Virus record (IMG/VR): IMGVR_UViG_3300031994_000043
Location: 45,450-109,449 of that record
Direction: 5' to 3' (one strand)
Source of the DNA: a virus
Taxonomy: Duplodnaviria > Caudoviricetes
DNA length: 64,000 bases
The position numbers were made by a program, and so were the translations under genes. The notes under the pieces were generated by a model. It made no database searches, was not told where the DNA came from, and worked only from the letters and a program-made list of their open reading frames with translations. Positions 18,073 through 28,548 of the stretch are shown in pieces. Numbering within the stretch: position 1 is the stretch's first letter; each line of letters begins with the position of its first letter.

Positions 18073-20502
18073 TTATTCCACTATTGTTATACCATCCAAA
18101 GTATTATCTGTCAATACCTGTGAATACTTAATAAATTGTTTAGATTCGTAAGGTTTAATTGTGATTTTAGCACTTGTGTCTGTACTAGCAGTATGGTTCT
18201 TTCTACGAAGCCAATAGATTACATTTAATGGTAATGAATCATTTTTAACGGGGACATAAGTCAAAGTGAATACAGTATTATTAGTATAGGAATTTGTAGT
18301 TGTATTCAAAATCGTTTTATTTTCTGTTTCAGAGTATGTTGAGATGACATCGTTAGGTACATTCAAATAAGCAGAGAATTGAACATTATCAGTAGAGTTT
18401 TTCTTATTAGAAACATTCAAGAATTGTGTAGGCGTTATGTTATCTATAAGTCCTTGAATTTCTGTAATCTTTGAGTTCAATTCTTCTTTACCCATATTAT
18501 ATGCTTGGTCTGAATTTAGTACATCATACATTGTGTTAAATGGCAATTCATAAGTAACAGTAGAATTATTACCATTAGCACTGTAAGCAGTAATACCACT
18601 AAATCCATATCTAGCGGAATTATGAGTGTCATAATCGGAAATAGTAATATAACCATCTTTATTGACCGTGAAAATGTTGTGTCTATAAAAGTTAGAGTCT
18701 TTAGCTGTAGAACCAGTACCACTAATTGTTTTCATTAACTTTTCAAATGCGGTTAAATTAGTGTTCCAATCTGGTATAGCAGAAACTTGACCTTTAAGCC
18801 ATTTCTTATTCATTCTACCATCACCGACTACAAGGATTTCATTTGGGTCGGTTGTATTTTGGTTGTAATAACCTAAAAGAATTTTATCGCTTTCACCACC
18901 ATTTTGAATTAAACCTTCACCAATACCGATAATGTTACCAGTAGGAGCATTAACCCAACCGAATGTATTACCAATCATTGTAAGACTGTCACCACTTTCT
19001 GTTAAGTTGTATAAACCACTGAATGAGTTAATAAAGGTTGAATTTGGTTTATGGTAGTTGTCTACGTCATCTGGACAATAACATTTACCTTTCAAATAGT
19101 TTCCATTTGAATTAACAAAAGTACAATTTTTAAGAACACCCTTTTTATATGCTGTCACTGTCTTATTATTGGCATTAACATAAGAATATGGTGAGCACTG
19201 AGCAAGAACTGTGTTATTGTTAGAGTTATAGAAAGAAATTTGAGAAGCAGACGATTCAACCTTATTAATGAATTGTGTGTTAATTGAGTTGAAATTAGAG
19301 TTAATAAAGTTTAATTGGTTTATTTTATCGTCATTAATTTCATTATAGTCGGAATGGATGAAACTGTTGTTGTAACAATCATCAGCAATTTTGTTACCAC
19401 GGGAATAAATGAAACTATTACCAAATGTTCCAGTAACGGCTGTGTGATAAATGTTATGGTCGCCAAATAATTCAAAGTTTATTTTCTGTCTACTTGCTCC
19501 TGTAACTTCGGAGATAGTGAAATAACCTGCAGATACACCAGATGTGTATTTTATATTTAAGCGGTCACCATTCCAAGTTTTGTTAGTGCCTGTAGTAGTT
19601 TGAGCAAGTGTTATTTGTGGAACAGTAGCACTTACTTCATCATTCGTTTCTGACATTATATTTAATTTAGCGAATGAGTCATAAGATGCAGGCATTTCTA
19701 AATTAGAAATAACCAAATCGTTTATTGTTCCAGCTGCGCTTCTATTATTATCTACATTAGTTTGTCCATCATTAACCTTTGTTAGCCCAAAAGTATTTCT
19801 CATTTGAACATTTTTGTCTTCAATAGGTCTGTTCAATGAATCTACATAGGTTGTGTCAAAAGTTGACAAATCAATTTGGTCTTTTAAAGTAATGTTTATT
19901 GCTGTATTAAATTCAACTGTAGAAGGTTGGTTATGAACAATCTGTAATTTTTCTGTATCACTCTTAAAATAAACTATTGCTAATACAACATTGGTTTGTT
20001 CTTCAATAATTCCGCCTATACTAGATTCAACTAACTCTGGTTTATATGGAACACCAATAAGGGCGATACCATCAAAATTCAAATCATCAGAACTGTTGTT
20101 ATCAATGTTCAATGAATTTGTTTTTAATGAAATGTTATAAGAGAAGGAGTTTTCACCTTCTTCACCTTCATACGAAATACCAACATCAAGCAAATAGTTA
20201 TGAGTAACTAAAGCATTATTATATTGATTATAATTCTTAGGTGTATAAATGCCAGCTTCGTAAGTATAACCAATACCAGTAAAGATTAATTGTGTATAAC
20301 TTTCTAATTGTTTGAAAGTCAAATTATTTAAAATTGTTTCATTTTCCAATCTCAAAGCATTTAACAAAGATTTATTTTTGTCGGAAAATAAAACAGCACC
20401 TACTTTTGCAAATTGAATACCATTAGCTTGTTTAACAAAGGTTGTTCTACCTTCATTAGTAAAGAAACATTCTACGTCGTTATAATATACACCATTTGTC
20501 AT
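18073..20502 (-). CDS. Tail fibre/baseplate appendage (809 aa), paralogue of the previous gene
   Basis: Asn-rich repeats (SFIxSxxN); LGYYN...VVGDG...NIFTVNKDG motif. Confidence 0.55.
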   Translation of the reverse strand: MTNGVYYNDVECFFTNEGRTTFVKQANGIQFAKVGAVLFSDKNKSLLNALRLENETILNNLTFKQLESYTQLIFTGIGYTYEAGIYTPKNYNQYNNALVTHNYLLDVGISYEGEEGENSFSYNISLKTNSLNIDNNSSDDLNFDGIALIGVPYKPELVESSIGGIIEEQTNVVLAIVYFKSDTEKLQIVHNQPSTVEFNTAINITLKDQIDLSTFDTTYVDSLNRPIEDKNVQMRNTFGLTKVNDGQTNVDNNRSAAGTINDLVISNLEMPASYDSFAKLNIMSETNDEVSATVPQITLAQTTTGTNKTWNGDRLNIKYTSGVSAGYFTISEVTGASRQKINFELFGDHNIYHTAVTGTFGNSFIYSRGNKIADDCYNNSFIHSDYNEINDDKINQLNFINSNFNSINTQFINKVESSASQISFYNSNNNTVLAQCSPYSYVNANNKTVTAYKKGVLKNCTFVNSNGNYLKGKCYCPDDVDNYHKPNSTFINSFSGLYNLTESGDSLTMIGNTFGWVNAPTGNIIGIGEGLIQNGGESDKILLGYYNQNTTDPNEILVVGDGRMNKKWLKGQVSAIPDWNTNLTAFEKLMKTISGTGSTAKDSNFYRHNIFTVNKDGYITISDYDTHNSARYGFSGITAYSANGNNSTVTYELPFNTMYDVLNSDQAYNMGKEELNSKITEIQGLIDNITPTQFLNVSNKKNSTDNVQFSAYLNVPNDVISTYSETENKTILNTTTNSYTNNTVFTLTYVPVKNDSLPLNVIYWLRRKNHTASTDTSAKITIKPYESKQFIKYSQVLTDNTLDGITIVE

Positions 20503-20509
20503 ATTCTAT

Positions 20510-23029
20510 TTATATCTCGCATTTAGCATACTCGGTACCAGGTATCAAAGTAAAACTTGTTGTAATTGTAGCCGATTTACCTTCAGGTTCTGTTTTAGAA
20601 GCATCGGCAATAATTTCATCCAAATTAAGAAAATCAATTAATGTTTTAGCAACTGTTCGGTCACTCTTCTTCAAACTCAAATAGAAGCCACCAGCACTTA
20701 ACATTGACTCAAATTGAGTAAATGTAAATTCTTGTTCTATTTCATCTTTGGTTACTTTAAATGTTACACCATTGTTTGTGTATTTTAAGAACTCACCGAT
20801 TTCGTTAAAGATTTCTGTTGGAGCAGGAAGAGCTTCATTTCCACTGGTTACAGTACATTCAGGTGTGTAATTCAAACCAAATATATTAACATAACCTGTT
20901 TTTGGATTGACATCACAAAGATGTTTCATTACATAAGTATCTTCCAAGTGGTCTTTGTCTAGTGTCCAAGTTAAATTATATGTAACAACTTTATCGTCAC
21001 TTACTTCATCAAGTTTGTAAACCAAATTAATATCTTTTGGAAGTGTAATTGTATACTTGATAGAATTTAAAATCTTTGTAATTGGTTTGATACTCTTAAT
21101 CAAATCAATAAACATTTCAATGTTATCACAGAATGTTTTGAATGTATTATTTGTACCTTCCAAATTTAAGTTGAAACGAGAAGTCATAAAATAATCATTT
21201 GTAGTGTACATACCAGTTTCTTCAATAAAGTCAGGGTTTGTTTCAATTTCATTTACACGTCTTACCCAAATGTTAATTACTCTACAAGAGAAACCAAACA
21301 TCTTAATTGCCATTTCAATACCAGTGTTAGTTCCTTTATATCTGTTATATGCTGGTAATTGTTCAAGAACATACTTGATTATTTCAAATGTTTCTTTAGT
21401 ATCTCTTGTGGTGAAACCTTCACCATTCTGTATTAAGTTAACTTCTTGTAATGACTGAACGTCAAAATCAAATTCATTACCGAATTCTTTAGCATAATGA
21501 TAAACTAATGTATCTTCAATTCTTGATATATCATTGAAATTAGCAATTCTAGCAATCTTTTCAAGACCAGATATATTTCTATTGCTATCCAATCCCTTAT
21601 ACATTGTGTTAATGTATAGTTGGAAGAATTCCATAAAGTCCGCAAATTCTGTTCCGTGTAGATACTTAGGAACATAAGGAGTGATATGGTATTTTCTACC
21701 TTCGTCACCATACACCCAAGGACCACATATAGCTGTGTTATATGTTCGTTCTTTAATGAGTTCGTCAATTTCAGGGAATCCTGTTTCTACCCATGCTTCA
21801 ACTTCAACATTACCACTTTCTGTTAAACTTGATATTATGAATTTAGACAAACCATCAAGTGGGTTGTGTTCCAAATTACTTTCAATAGCATTTTTATCTA
21901 TGGCGCCGATAGACTCTTCAGTCAAACCAAACACATTTTCGTATTCCCAAAGAACTTCATTTGGGTCTTGAACAGTAGTAATAATTTTACCTTCAACACC
22001 ATCTTCAAGGAAATAATTGTTTGGTTCAATATCTACGAACTTAATAATGACAGGAACTAATTTGTTCAAATCGTCAATCGCAAGTGTCTTAAATGCTCTT
22101 TTGAATTTGTATACTGAATAGTTACCTGCAATATCCCAAACAATCAAAGATATATCAGAGTTATCACCATTGTTCAATATATCAAGGATATTACCTTTTT
22201 CGTGATAACCTGTATTATCTTTAGTTGCCCATTTTTCGTGGAGAGTAAATTTGACTTGATACTGTCCTGACTTTGTAGCATTAAACTTAATGTTATCTAC
22301 ATATTCTTGTTTAGCTGGTTTGGCTAATTTTCTATCAAAATAATAGATTATATCAGGGTCAGTTGGAATAAAATCTTCATTATAAGCACTAAAATTACCC
22401 CAATCAGGAATATCATCCCCTTTAACAAGTGCAATTTGTCTGCAATCCAAACCAATTTCGTCTTTAAATTCTACAACAATATCTCTTAATGAATTAGTAT
22501 AGTATAAGTCGCCCTTCTTTACACTATCTTCAAAATTACATTCCAATGCCAAGTATTCAGTACCATAATCACTAACAAATGCAGGTGGAATAGGGTCAAT
22601 AGTTACATTCTGTACTGTATTAGTGATACGAATAAAATTATTATCACCTGGTCTTAAATATCTTGTTTTGTTGTATGGGTGACCTTCATCCCAAGTATCA
22701 GTAACACCATTTGGTCCTTGCCCTGTTTTACCTTCAGGATCCTTTTCATCTTCAGTTTTATCAGTAGCGATATCTGGTTCAGGTTCAACTGCTTGATACT
22801 CAAATACAGGATGATTAGGGTCCCAGGTGTATTCGTCATATCTTCTTAACTCATTAGCGTCGCCATTAAAATACCAAGTAGTATTGTTCCCATCACCACC
22901 ACCCGGCATTTCAGGACGTAGAAAGATAGTGTTTGGGTCATCTTGATTATGAAAATCCCAGCGATAGTCCCAGGTGGCATCTTGTCTTCGTACAGATGAA
23001 TTTATTATGGTTTCGCTATGTTTTAACAT
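20510..23029 (-). CDS. Baseplate wedge protein, gp7/P2 gpI-like C-terminal half
   Basis: PKYL...FADFMEFF...YNRYKGTNTGIEMAIKMFG; start trimmed to ATG 23029 after GGAGG. Confidence 0.55.
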   Translation of the reverse strand: MLKHSETIINSSVRRQDATWDYRWDFHNQDDPNTIFLRPEMPGGGDGNNTTWYFNGDANELRRYDEYTWDPNHPVFEYQAVEPEPDIATDKTEDEKDPEGKTGQGPNGVTDTWDEGHPYNKTRYLRPGDNNFIRITNTVQNVTIDPIPPAFVSDYGTEYLALECNFEDSVKKGDLYYTNSLRDIVVEFKDEIGLDCRQIALVKGDDIPDWGNFSAYNEDFIPTDPDIIYYFDRKLAKPAKQEYVDNIKFNATKSGQYQVKFTLHEKWATKDNTGYHEKGNILDILNNGDNSDISLIVWDIAGNYSVYKFKRAFKTLAIDDLNKLVPVIIKFVDIEPNNYFLEDGVEGKIITTVQDPNEVLWEYENVFGLTEESIGAIDKNAIESNLEHNPLDGLSKFIISSLTESGNVEVEAWVETGFPEIDELIKERTYNTAICGPWVYGDEGRKYHITPYVPKYLHGTEFADFMEFFQLYINTMYKGLDSNRNISGLEKIARIANFNDISRIEDTLVYHYAKEFGNEFDFDVQSLQEVNLIQNGEGFTTRDTKETFEIIKYVLEQLPAYNRYKGTNTGIEMAIKMFGFSCRVINIWVRRVNEIETNPDFIEETGMYTTNDYFMTSRFNLNLEGTNNTFKTFCDNIEMFIDLIKSIKPITKILNSIKYTITLPKDINLVYKLDEVSDDKVVTYNLTWTLDKDHLEDTYVMKHLCDVNPKTGYVNIFGLNYTPECTVTSGNEALPAPTEIFNEIGEFLKYTNNGVTFKVTKDEIEQEFTFTQFESMLSAGGFYLSLKKSDRTVAKTLIDFLNLDEIIADASKTEPEGKSATITTSFTLIPGTEYAKCEI

Positions 23030-23823
23030 TATCCCTCCCACATACTGAGAGAATCAAAAGTTCTCTTATCCAATGTGGTGAACTTAATTACAGGCCATTC
23101 TTTTTCGCACTGTCTAGCATAATTTGAAATTATGAATATACGCTTGATTATAGGATTCTTTACTGTAATGACTTCTTCTCGCTTACTATTGTTAATGATA
23201 TGATGCATAAGTTCTGGTTTGTATTTTACCAATTTAGTACAAAGGTTCTTACTCAATGCTTTCGTAGCATTTTGTAAGTCGGCTTCACCACAAGAATCAA
23301 TGAAACCATACAAGTCACTTGTCATTAAGACTTTCTTCTTAAATGTTTCCCAATCAGTCGCAATAGCTTCTTTCGCATCACCTAACAAGGAGACCGATTT
23401 TTCTTCAAACCAGTTATTCAAGTTCATTCTATTCCAAAGATACTTAGAAATGATTTGACATTTCAAAACACGAAGTTCGTCCTTGAATGTTTCGGAATAA
23501 GTAACGAAATCAGTCCATTCTTTAGAATCTTCGTTTGCGATGACTCGGTTGATAAATTCTTCGTAATAACGAGTTCCTTCAACTTGAATGATACATTCTG
23601 CTTTTGTGAATGGGTTGTTGCTATTGTTGTACATTGTTTCAGGATTTATTGTAACAGCATAAGAATTGGCTGTGGAAATTTCCTTCAATGTTTGAACTAA
23701 CACATTGTAAGGACATTGAACATATCCTGTAAATATACTTTTAGATAGCACATTTTCTAATTCTTTTTTAGATAATGGCAAAGTTGTTTTCTGTATGTTA
23801 AAAATTTCACTATAACTGAGCAT
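23029..23823 (-). CDS. Hypothetical late protein
   Basis: 264 aa; TATAAATA at 23843-23850 and AAGGA SD. Confidence 0.75.
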   Translation of the reverse strand: MLSYSEIFNIQKTTLPLSKKELENVLSKSIFTGYVQCPYNVLVQTLKEISTANSYAVTINPETMYNNSNNPFTKAECIIQVEGTRYYEEFINRVIANEDSKEWTDFVTYSETFKDELRVLKCQIISKYLWNRMNLNNWFEEKSVSLLGDAKEAIATDWETFKKKVLMTSDLYGFIDSCGEADLQNATKALSKNLCTKLVKYKPELMHHIINNSKREEVITVKNPIIKRIFIISNYARQCEKEWPVIKFTTLDKRTFDSLSMWEG

Positions 23824-23856
23824 ATACTATCCTTTATTACTATATTTATATACACG

Positions 23857-23884
23857 AAAAAGGACCCTAAACTGGGTCCTTTTT
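23857..23884. terminator. Intrinsic terminator
   Basis: AAAAAGGACCC-TAAACT-GGGTCCTTTTT. Confidence 0.8.
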
Positions 23885-23907
23885 ATTACTAAATGTAGTA
23901 TGATATA

Positions 23908-24231
23908 TTAGATACCAAATTTTTCGGCAAATTCTTCTGGTGAGTAAATGCCACCTTTTTTAGGTTCAATCTCAGTAATTTCACCATTTTTAATAGTAAT
24001 TTTTACTTCACCAACATCGTCAAATACAGTATAAAATTCATAAATGTTACGATATATAAGTTTGTAACCATCGCCTCTACGCCAATCAGAGTGCCATTTA
24101 ATACCATTTTCCTGTGTATATTCATATACTACTTGACCAAGCCAATCAAGTGTATCATCTTCAGCATGGGTTTCTTTGATAAGATAATAACCTTGGTTAT
24201 CCAAAAATTCTATTGCTTCTTGTAAATTCAT
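23908..24231 (-). CDS. Leader-family protein, unknown cargo
   Basis: MNLQEAIEFLDNQGYYLIKE. Confidence 0.75.
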   Translation of the reverse strand: MNLQEAIEFLDNQGYYLIKETHAEDDTLDWLGQVVYEYTQENGIKWHSDWRRGDGYKLIYRNIYEFYTVFDDVGEVKITIKNGEITEIEPKKGGIYSPEEFAEKFGI

Positions 24232-24638
24232 TATGCTTCCTCCAAATTTTTAACATTGAACTTCTTGATTAATTGCCAGTTATGTTTTTCTTTATGTGGC
24301 AAAACAAAAATTCTTACATTATGTTCTTCTATTTGTGTTGGGTCAATAATTTCAATCATATTCCATTTTTGAAGGCAAAACGCAATAGAATTTCTGCGTT
24401 CTATATCTTCCATACTAACATTACCGAAACCTGGAAAACCATCTTTTCCGCGGCCTAAAACGAATAATTGTTTAAAATGACCGATATAATATGTACCGAA
24501 ATGTTTTAGCAAGTGGCAGGACTGGTATAAAATCTTATTTTTGTTATCGGGTATTCCCATTCTTGTTAGAGTTTCTTCAATGATAGATGGTTCTACCAGC
24601 AATTTTACCTCTAACAATTTATTTGTCATTGTATTCAT
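24231..24638 (-). CDS. regA: Translational repressor RegA
   Basis: ETLTRMGI, LYQSCHLL, YYIGHFKQLF, RRNSIA..LQKW. Confidence 0.9.
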   Translation of the reverse strand: MNTMTNKLLEVKLLVEPSIIEETLTRMGIPDNKNKILYQSCHLLKHFGTYYIGHFKQLFVLGRGKDGFPGFGNVSMEDIERRNSIAFCLQKWNMIEIIDPTQIEEHNVRIFVLPHKEKHNWQLIKKFNVKNLEEA

Positions 24639-24646
24639 TGTATCAC

Positions 24647-25120
24647 CTATTTAAGAATTAGAGGTTGTGGTTGCCATTCAAAGTCTTTCAATTCATTATT
24701 GAAAATTGTTTGGGCAACTTGGGCTGGATTTAATTCGGTCTCATTGGTATCGTTATTAAACTCTTTGGCGATTATATCACGAACTGTTGTATAACGAATT
24801 AAATCACTTTCATCTAATTTAGAGAAACCGTAATTATTATACCCTTTATTGGTGTACAATGTTTTTAATTCAGTGGCTAATGCAGATATATCAAGATAAT
24901 GTTCATTATAGAAAAGATACTTTTTGTTCTGGACAATTCTAGCAGTCCAAGTCTTTGGGTTAATTTCTTTTAGATAATCAAAAACATCTTTTTCTTTCAC
25001 CGGTGCTGGTGCTACTGGTGCGACAATTTTCTTGACTTTAACTTGCGGAACCTCAACCTTTTGGTGGTTATAGGCTTTATCCATATTCAACTTCACATAT
25101 TCTCTAAACGATAGATTCAT
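24647..25120 (-). CDS. Hypothetical late protein
   Basis: CATAAATA-4nt-ATG; N-terminus MNLSFREYVK. Confidence 0.7.
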   Translation of the reverse strand: MNLSFREYVKLNMDKAYNHQKVEVPQVKVKKIVAPVAPAPVKEKDVFDYLKEINPKTWTARIVQNKKYLFYNEHYLDISALATELKTLYTNKGYNNYGFSKLDESDLIRYTTVRDIIAKEFNNDTNETELNPAQVAQTIFNNELKDFEWQPQPLILK

Positions 25121-25140
25121 ATTGTATTTATGAATTTTCG

Positions 25141-25551
25141 CTATTTACTAATGATTCTATTGAATATATGGACTATCTTTCCATCTAATGAAACATAAGG
25201 AATTTTGAAACTAACTGAATGTTCACTTGGAATGGTTTTAACTTCAGCTTCACTACGATAAATTGAAACAGGAACCCAGTATTCTATCTGGTCAAAAACC
25301 ATATTTATTAGACCATCAATCTGTGTATGGTTTTCAAACAGAACTTTATATAGGGGAGAACTAAAACTCAAATTGAAAATTCTCTCATAAGGTTCAGTAC
25401 ACAATACGGCTTCAATGGCTTGGTCAAGTGCGTCCGAGCCATAAATCTCTACGTGTTCTGATAATTTATCCCCGTTCAAATCATAATAAGGGTTTGGTGT
25501 TCGTAATTCACCTAAATTCTTAAAATCCGGGTTGGCACTTAATGGCAGCAT
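25141..25551 (-). CDS. gp25: Baseplate wedge subunit gp25-like
   Basis: ALDQAIEAVLCTEPYERIFNLSFSS.LYKVLFE, IEYWVP. Confidence 0.75.
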   Translation of the reverse strand: MLPLSANPDFKNLGELRTPNPYYDLNGDKLSEHVEIYGSDALDQAIEAVLCTEPYERIFNLSFSSPLYKVLFENHTQIDGLINMVFDQIEYWVPVSIYRSEAEVKTIPSEHSVSFKIPYVSLDGKIVHIFNRIISK

Positions 25552-25554
25552 TTG

Positions 25555-25923
25555 TTATTTCCTCGTCATATATGTTTCAGGAATGTTAAAAAAAGTTTGC
25601 CCGATAGTGTGATTTTTGCTATTTTGGATAACCTGGACGTCAAAAAGTCTAATACCATCTACAGGTATGGCTTCCTTGACCAGCTTTGCCACGCAGGATT
25701 GCCCGTTATTGTTTATGACTACCACATTACCTATCTCTAAAGGAACGTCTTCCTGGTGCGTTTCCTGGTCAGTACTGAGCGATGGGAAATCTTCCTTAAT
25801 CTGTTTGGCTCTCATTACCTCAGTACGGAGAATATCTGCTATCCATTTTGGGCAATTTGGGGCAGTTGCCACCTTTTTACATGCTTCAAATAAAATATCT
25901 CTTTGTTGTTCGTATATGTTCAT
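25555..25923 (-). CDS. Hypothetical protein
   Basis: Coupled to upstream gene (TAATG). Confidence 0.7.
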   Translation of the reverse strand: MNIYEQQRDILFEACKKVATAPNCPKWIADILRTEVMRAKQIKEDFPSLSTDQETHQEDVPLEIGNVVVINNNGQSCVAKLVKEAIPVDGIRLFDVQVIQNSKNHTIGQTFFNIPETYMTRK

Positions 25924-27278
25924 TAAACACCACCTGTCATCAATTCACGTTCACTTGTATAACCCTTAATACCACTGACTTTCATAACCTTGTCTTTTAG
26001 TTTATCATTTCCGTTAACCGCAATTTCTACAGCACCTCGCATAGAAGAAATTATATTATCGTTTTCATCTACCAATGCTAGTGTGGTCTGTAATTTGTCA
26101 TTAGTTTGTTTGATAGAGTATTCTTCGTTAGCTGGTATCAAGGACATTCCATCTAACATATTAGTGCTATCATATCTATATGTTTCAAATCCATCACCAT
26201 TATTCATAGTAATTTCAACATAACCTTGAGAATCGTTAATAGTCATATTTCCCAAGATAGAATCCGAGCCAGCAGAATTATATTTTGGATTTTGTTCCTT
26301 AAATGCGTTAATAAATGCTCTGCGTTCCATTTTGAAGTATTGATAACATTTGTTCTTTTTCCAAAAGTCGCCATTCTTGATGTCATTCCAAGAAGCACCA
26401 CCTGGGAATATGTTAGCTGCTATATTGAAAGCATTATTAGCTGCATTGACCTGTGAAGGTGTGAGCATACTATCAATTAATTTTTTCAAATCATTTTTAG
26501 CATTATTCAAGTTGTTAATGCGACTATCAAATGTATTCATATATTCGGCAGACATTGTGGAATCAAGTCTATAACCATCACCACTTTCTTCAATACACAT
26601 CTTTCTTAAACAAGTATTGTAATATGAATTAGCAGTTCTAATGTTAGAACAAATTTCGGTGTCAATAAGTACGCAATCAAAGAACTTCTTTAATCTATCA
26701 AGCATATCAAAAGCACCAATGTTAATCAAAGTATCTAATAGATTTTGAAGGAATCTTCTTACACGTTCTTTGTTTCGTTCCAACATATCAAGAAATTCAG
26801 TACACATAGCATAATACTGGTTGAGCATTTCTTTAACAGCACTCAAACCAAAATTAAATGTTAAACCAAATGAACAAATTTGATTTTTAAATTCTTTGAA
26901 ATCACCGACAACCTTATACATTTCTTCCTGTGGTCTAGGGTTGTAGTTAGTGTATTTTCTAATTGTTCTACACAACAAAGAATTTGGGTCTAATACTTGT
27001 TCAAGGAACTCTGTACATCTGAACAAGCCTTGACATATCGCATCAAAGTCAAAATTCAGTAGCTTGTCCACCAGCCACTTTTGGAACACTCGGATAGCAT
27101 TCAGTATTGTGTCAATTCCTACATCAATTACGAATCTGACAATAGACATTAGAGTATTGAATAAAGTATCTAATGCCTTCAATAATGCCTTAGCTGTTTT
27201 CTGTGCGACTTCCAACGCAGCTTTCACTAATAGAAAACTACCATAAATGTATTCACATAGTATATCACCTATTCCCAT
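25923..27278 (-). CDS. Hypothetical helical virion protein (451 aa)
   Basis: Long ORF in tail operon, coupled at both ends. Confidence 0.75.
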   Translation of the reverse strand: MGIGDILCEYIYGSFLLVKAALEVAQKTAKALLKALDTLFNTLMSIVRFVIDVGIDTILNAIRVFQKWLVDKLLNFDFDAICQGLFRCTEFLEQVLDPNSLLCRTIRKYTNYNPRPQEEMYKVVGDFKEFKNQICSFGLTFNFGLSAVKEMLNQYYAMCTEFLDMLERNKERVRRFLQNLLDTLINIGAFDMLDRLKKFFDCVLIDTEICSNIRTANSYYNTCLRKMCIEESGDGYRLDSTMSAEYMNTFDSRINNLNNAKNDLKKLIDSMLTPSQVNAANNAFNIAANIFPGGASWNDIKNGDFWKKNKCYQYFKMERRAFINAFKEQNPKYNSAGSDSILGNMTINDSQGYVEITMNNGDGFETYRYDSTNMLDGMSLIPANEEYSIKQTNDKLQTTLALVDENDNIISSMRGAVEIAVNGNDKLKDKVMKVSGIKGYTSERELMTGGV

Positions 27279-27883
27279 TATCTAGTTCCTTTACCTGTTT
27301 GTTCGTTTTCCATAACATCTTGTTCAGCAATAGTCCAATCGTCATAGTGTACTGTCATAGAGTATTTTAATGCTTCTTGTCCTTCATAGGTCAAACTACC
27401 GGTATCTATTTTGGTAACAATACAGTTTCTCAAATGATACCTATATGTTTCGTTTCCGCCTGCTCTATCACCAACAACAATTTCTATTCTGTTAAAAATT
27501 GTAGTAAATTCTTTATGGATATAATTTGAATTTGAAGGTGTAGCATTTTTAAATTGTTTGAAAAAGTTGTAAACAACAAAATTGTTTTCGTGTGGGTCTG
27601 TATGAGTATAAAATTCTAATGTTGTATCTCCACTGTGTTTTCTAAGTACTGGAAAAGATTTTTCACTACCTAGAAAATGTTTTTGAATAATAGAAGTATC
27701 AAATGATGGCAAATCGGCTTTAATAGCAATCATACTTCTATCAGTATCATTATTTAATGAATAACCTAAACTTTTGTCCTTATAAATTGAGTCCAAGTGA
27801 AAATTAACTCTGAAGATATAGTTATTTAATGGAGCAGAAGGTGGTTTCTTTAACATTTCTTTATGTAATTCTAATAATGCCAT
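27278..27883 (-). CDS. Tail tube-fold (gp19-like) paralogue
   Basis: ADLPSF, FLGSEKSFP, TLEFY, LRNCIVTKID.GSLTYE, MTVHYDDW. Confidence 0.65.
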   Translation of the reverse strand: MALLELHKEMLKKPPSAPLNNYIFRVNFHLDSIYKDKSLGYSLNNDTDRSMIAIKADLPSFDTSIIQKHFLGSEKSFPVLRKHSGDTTLEFYTHTDPHENNFVVYNFFKQFKNATPSNSNYIHKEFTTIFNRIEIVVGDRAGGNETYRYHLRNCIVTKIDTGSLTYEGQEALKYSMTVHYDDWTIAEQDVMENEQTGKGTR

Positions 27884-28528
27884 TTAATTATCTCCTGCGC
27901 AAGTATCATTTATTTGTGATTCACCATTACCCAATACTTTAAAATAGTCATAAGAAAATGTTGCGGACTTCGTAATTACTTCGTTATCATTGTCATAAGA
28001 CATTTCAGTAGAACCAATTTTAGTAACAAAACAGTTATGAAATTCAATAATTACAGGATGTTTCTTTTGTAATCTATCTTCTCTAGGATTTAAATAATAT
28101 ATTGTATCTGGGTTAATGATAATCATTCTAATTGTTCTATGACCTTTATCATCTACCTTTGTAAAATTTTGGTTGAATGAATAACCACCCTTACCTTCAA
28201 AATAAGCATCACATGCTGACTCAGCATGGAAAAGTTCTTCCAAAATTTTTGTTACTCTAAATGAAGTATTTTCATTGAACTTAATTTCCAATTCACCAGA
28301 GTTTTGAGCACGTCCTGGTAGTTTACCTTCAACACCAGCAAAATAAACAGGAATAGTGTTAATGTTTCTATCAGGCCAAGTACACGAAACTACTGCTTTT
28401 GCTAAGGTACGAGCATAATCGTCTGTTTTTTGGTTTACAAATAGCTGGGTAAAGTCCATTTCAAAAGACCACAATGGAACTGGGGCTTTATCGTAAAAAT
28501 CATTATCCCAAATTGAATGAATAGACAT
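27884..28528 (-). CDS. Tail tube-fold (gp19-like) paralogue
   Basis: CTWPDR, FAGVEGKLPGR, IKFNEN, FHNCFVTKIG..EMSYD, ATFSYDYF. Confidence 0.7.
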   Translation of the reverse strand: MSIHSIWDNDFYDKAPVPLWSFEMDFTQLFVNQKTDDYARTLAKAVVSCTWPDRNINTIPVYFAGVEGKLPGRAQNSGELEIKFNENTSFRVTKILEELFHAESACDAYFEGKGGYSFNQNFTKVDDKGHRTIRMIIINPDTIYYLNPREDRLQKKHPVIIEFHNCFVTKIGSTEMSYDNDNEVITKSATFSYDYFKVLGNGESQINDTCAGDN

Positions 28529-28548
28529 TTTATACCTCTAACTATTTA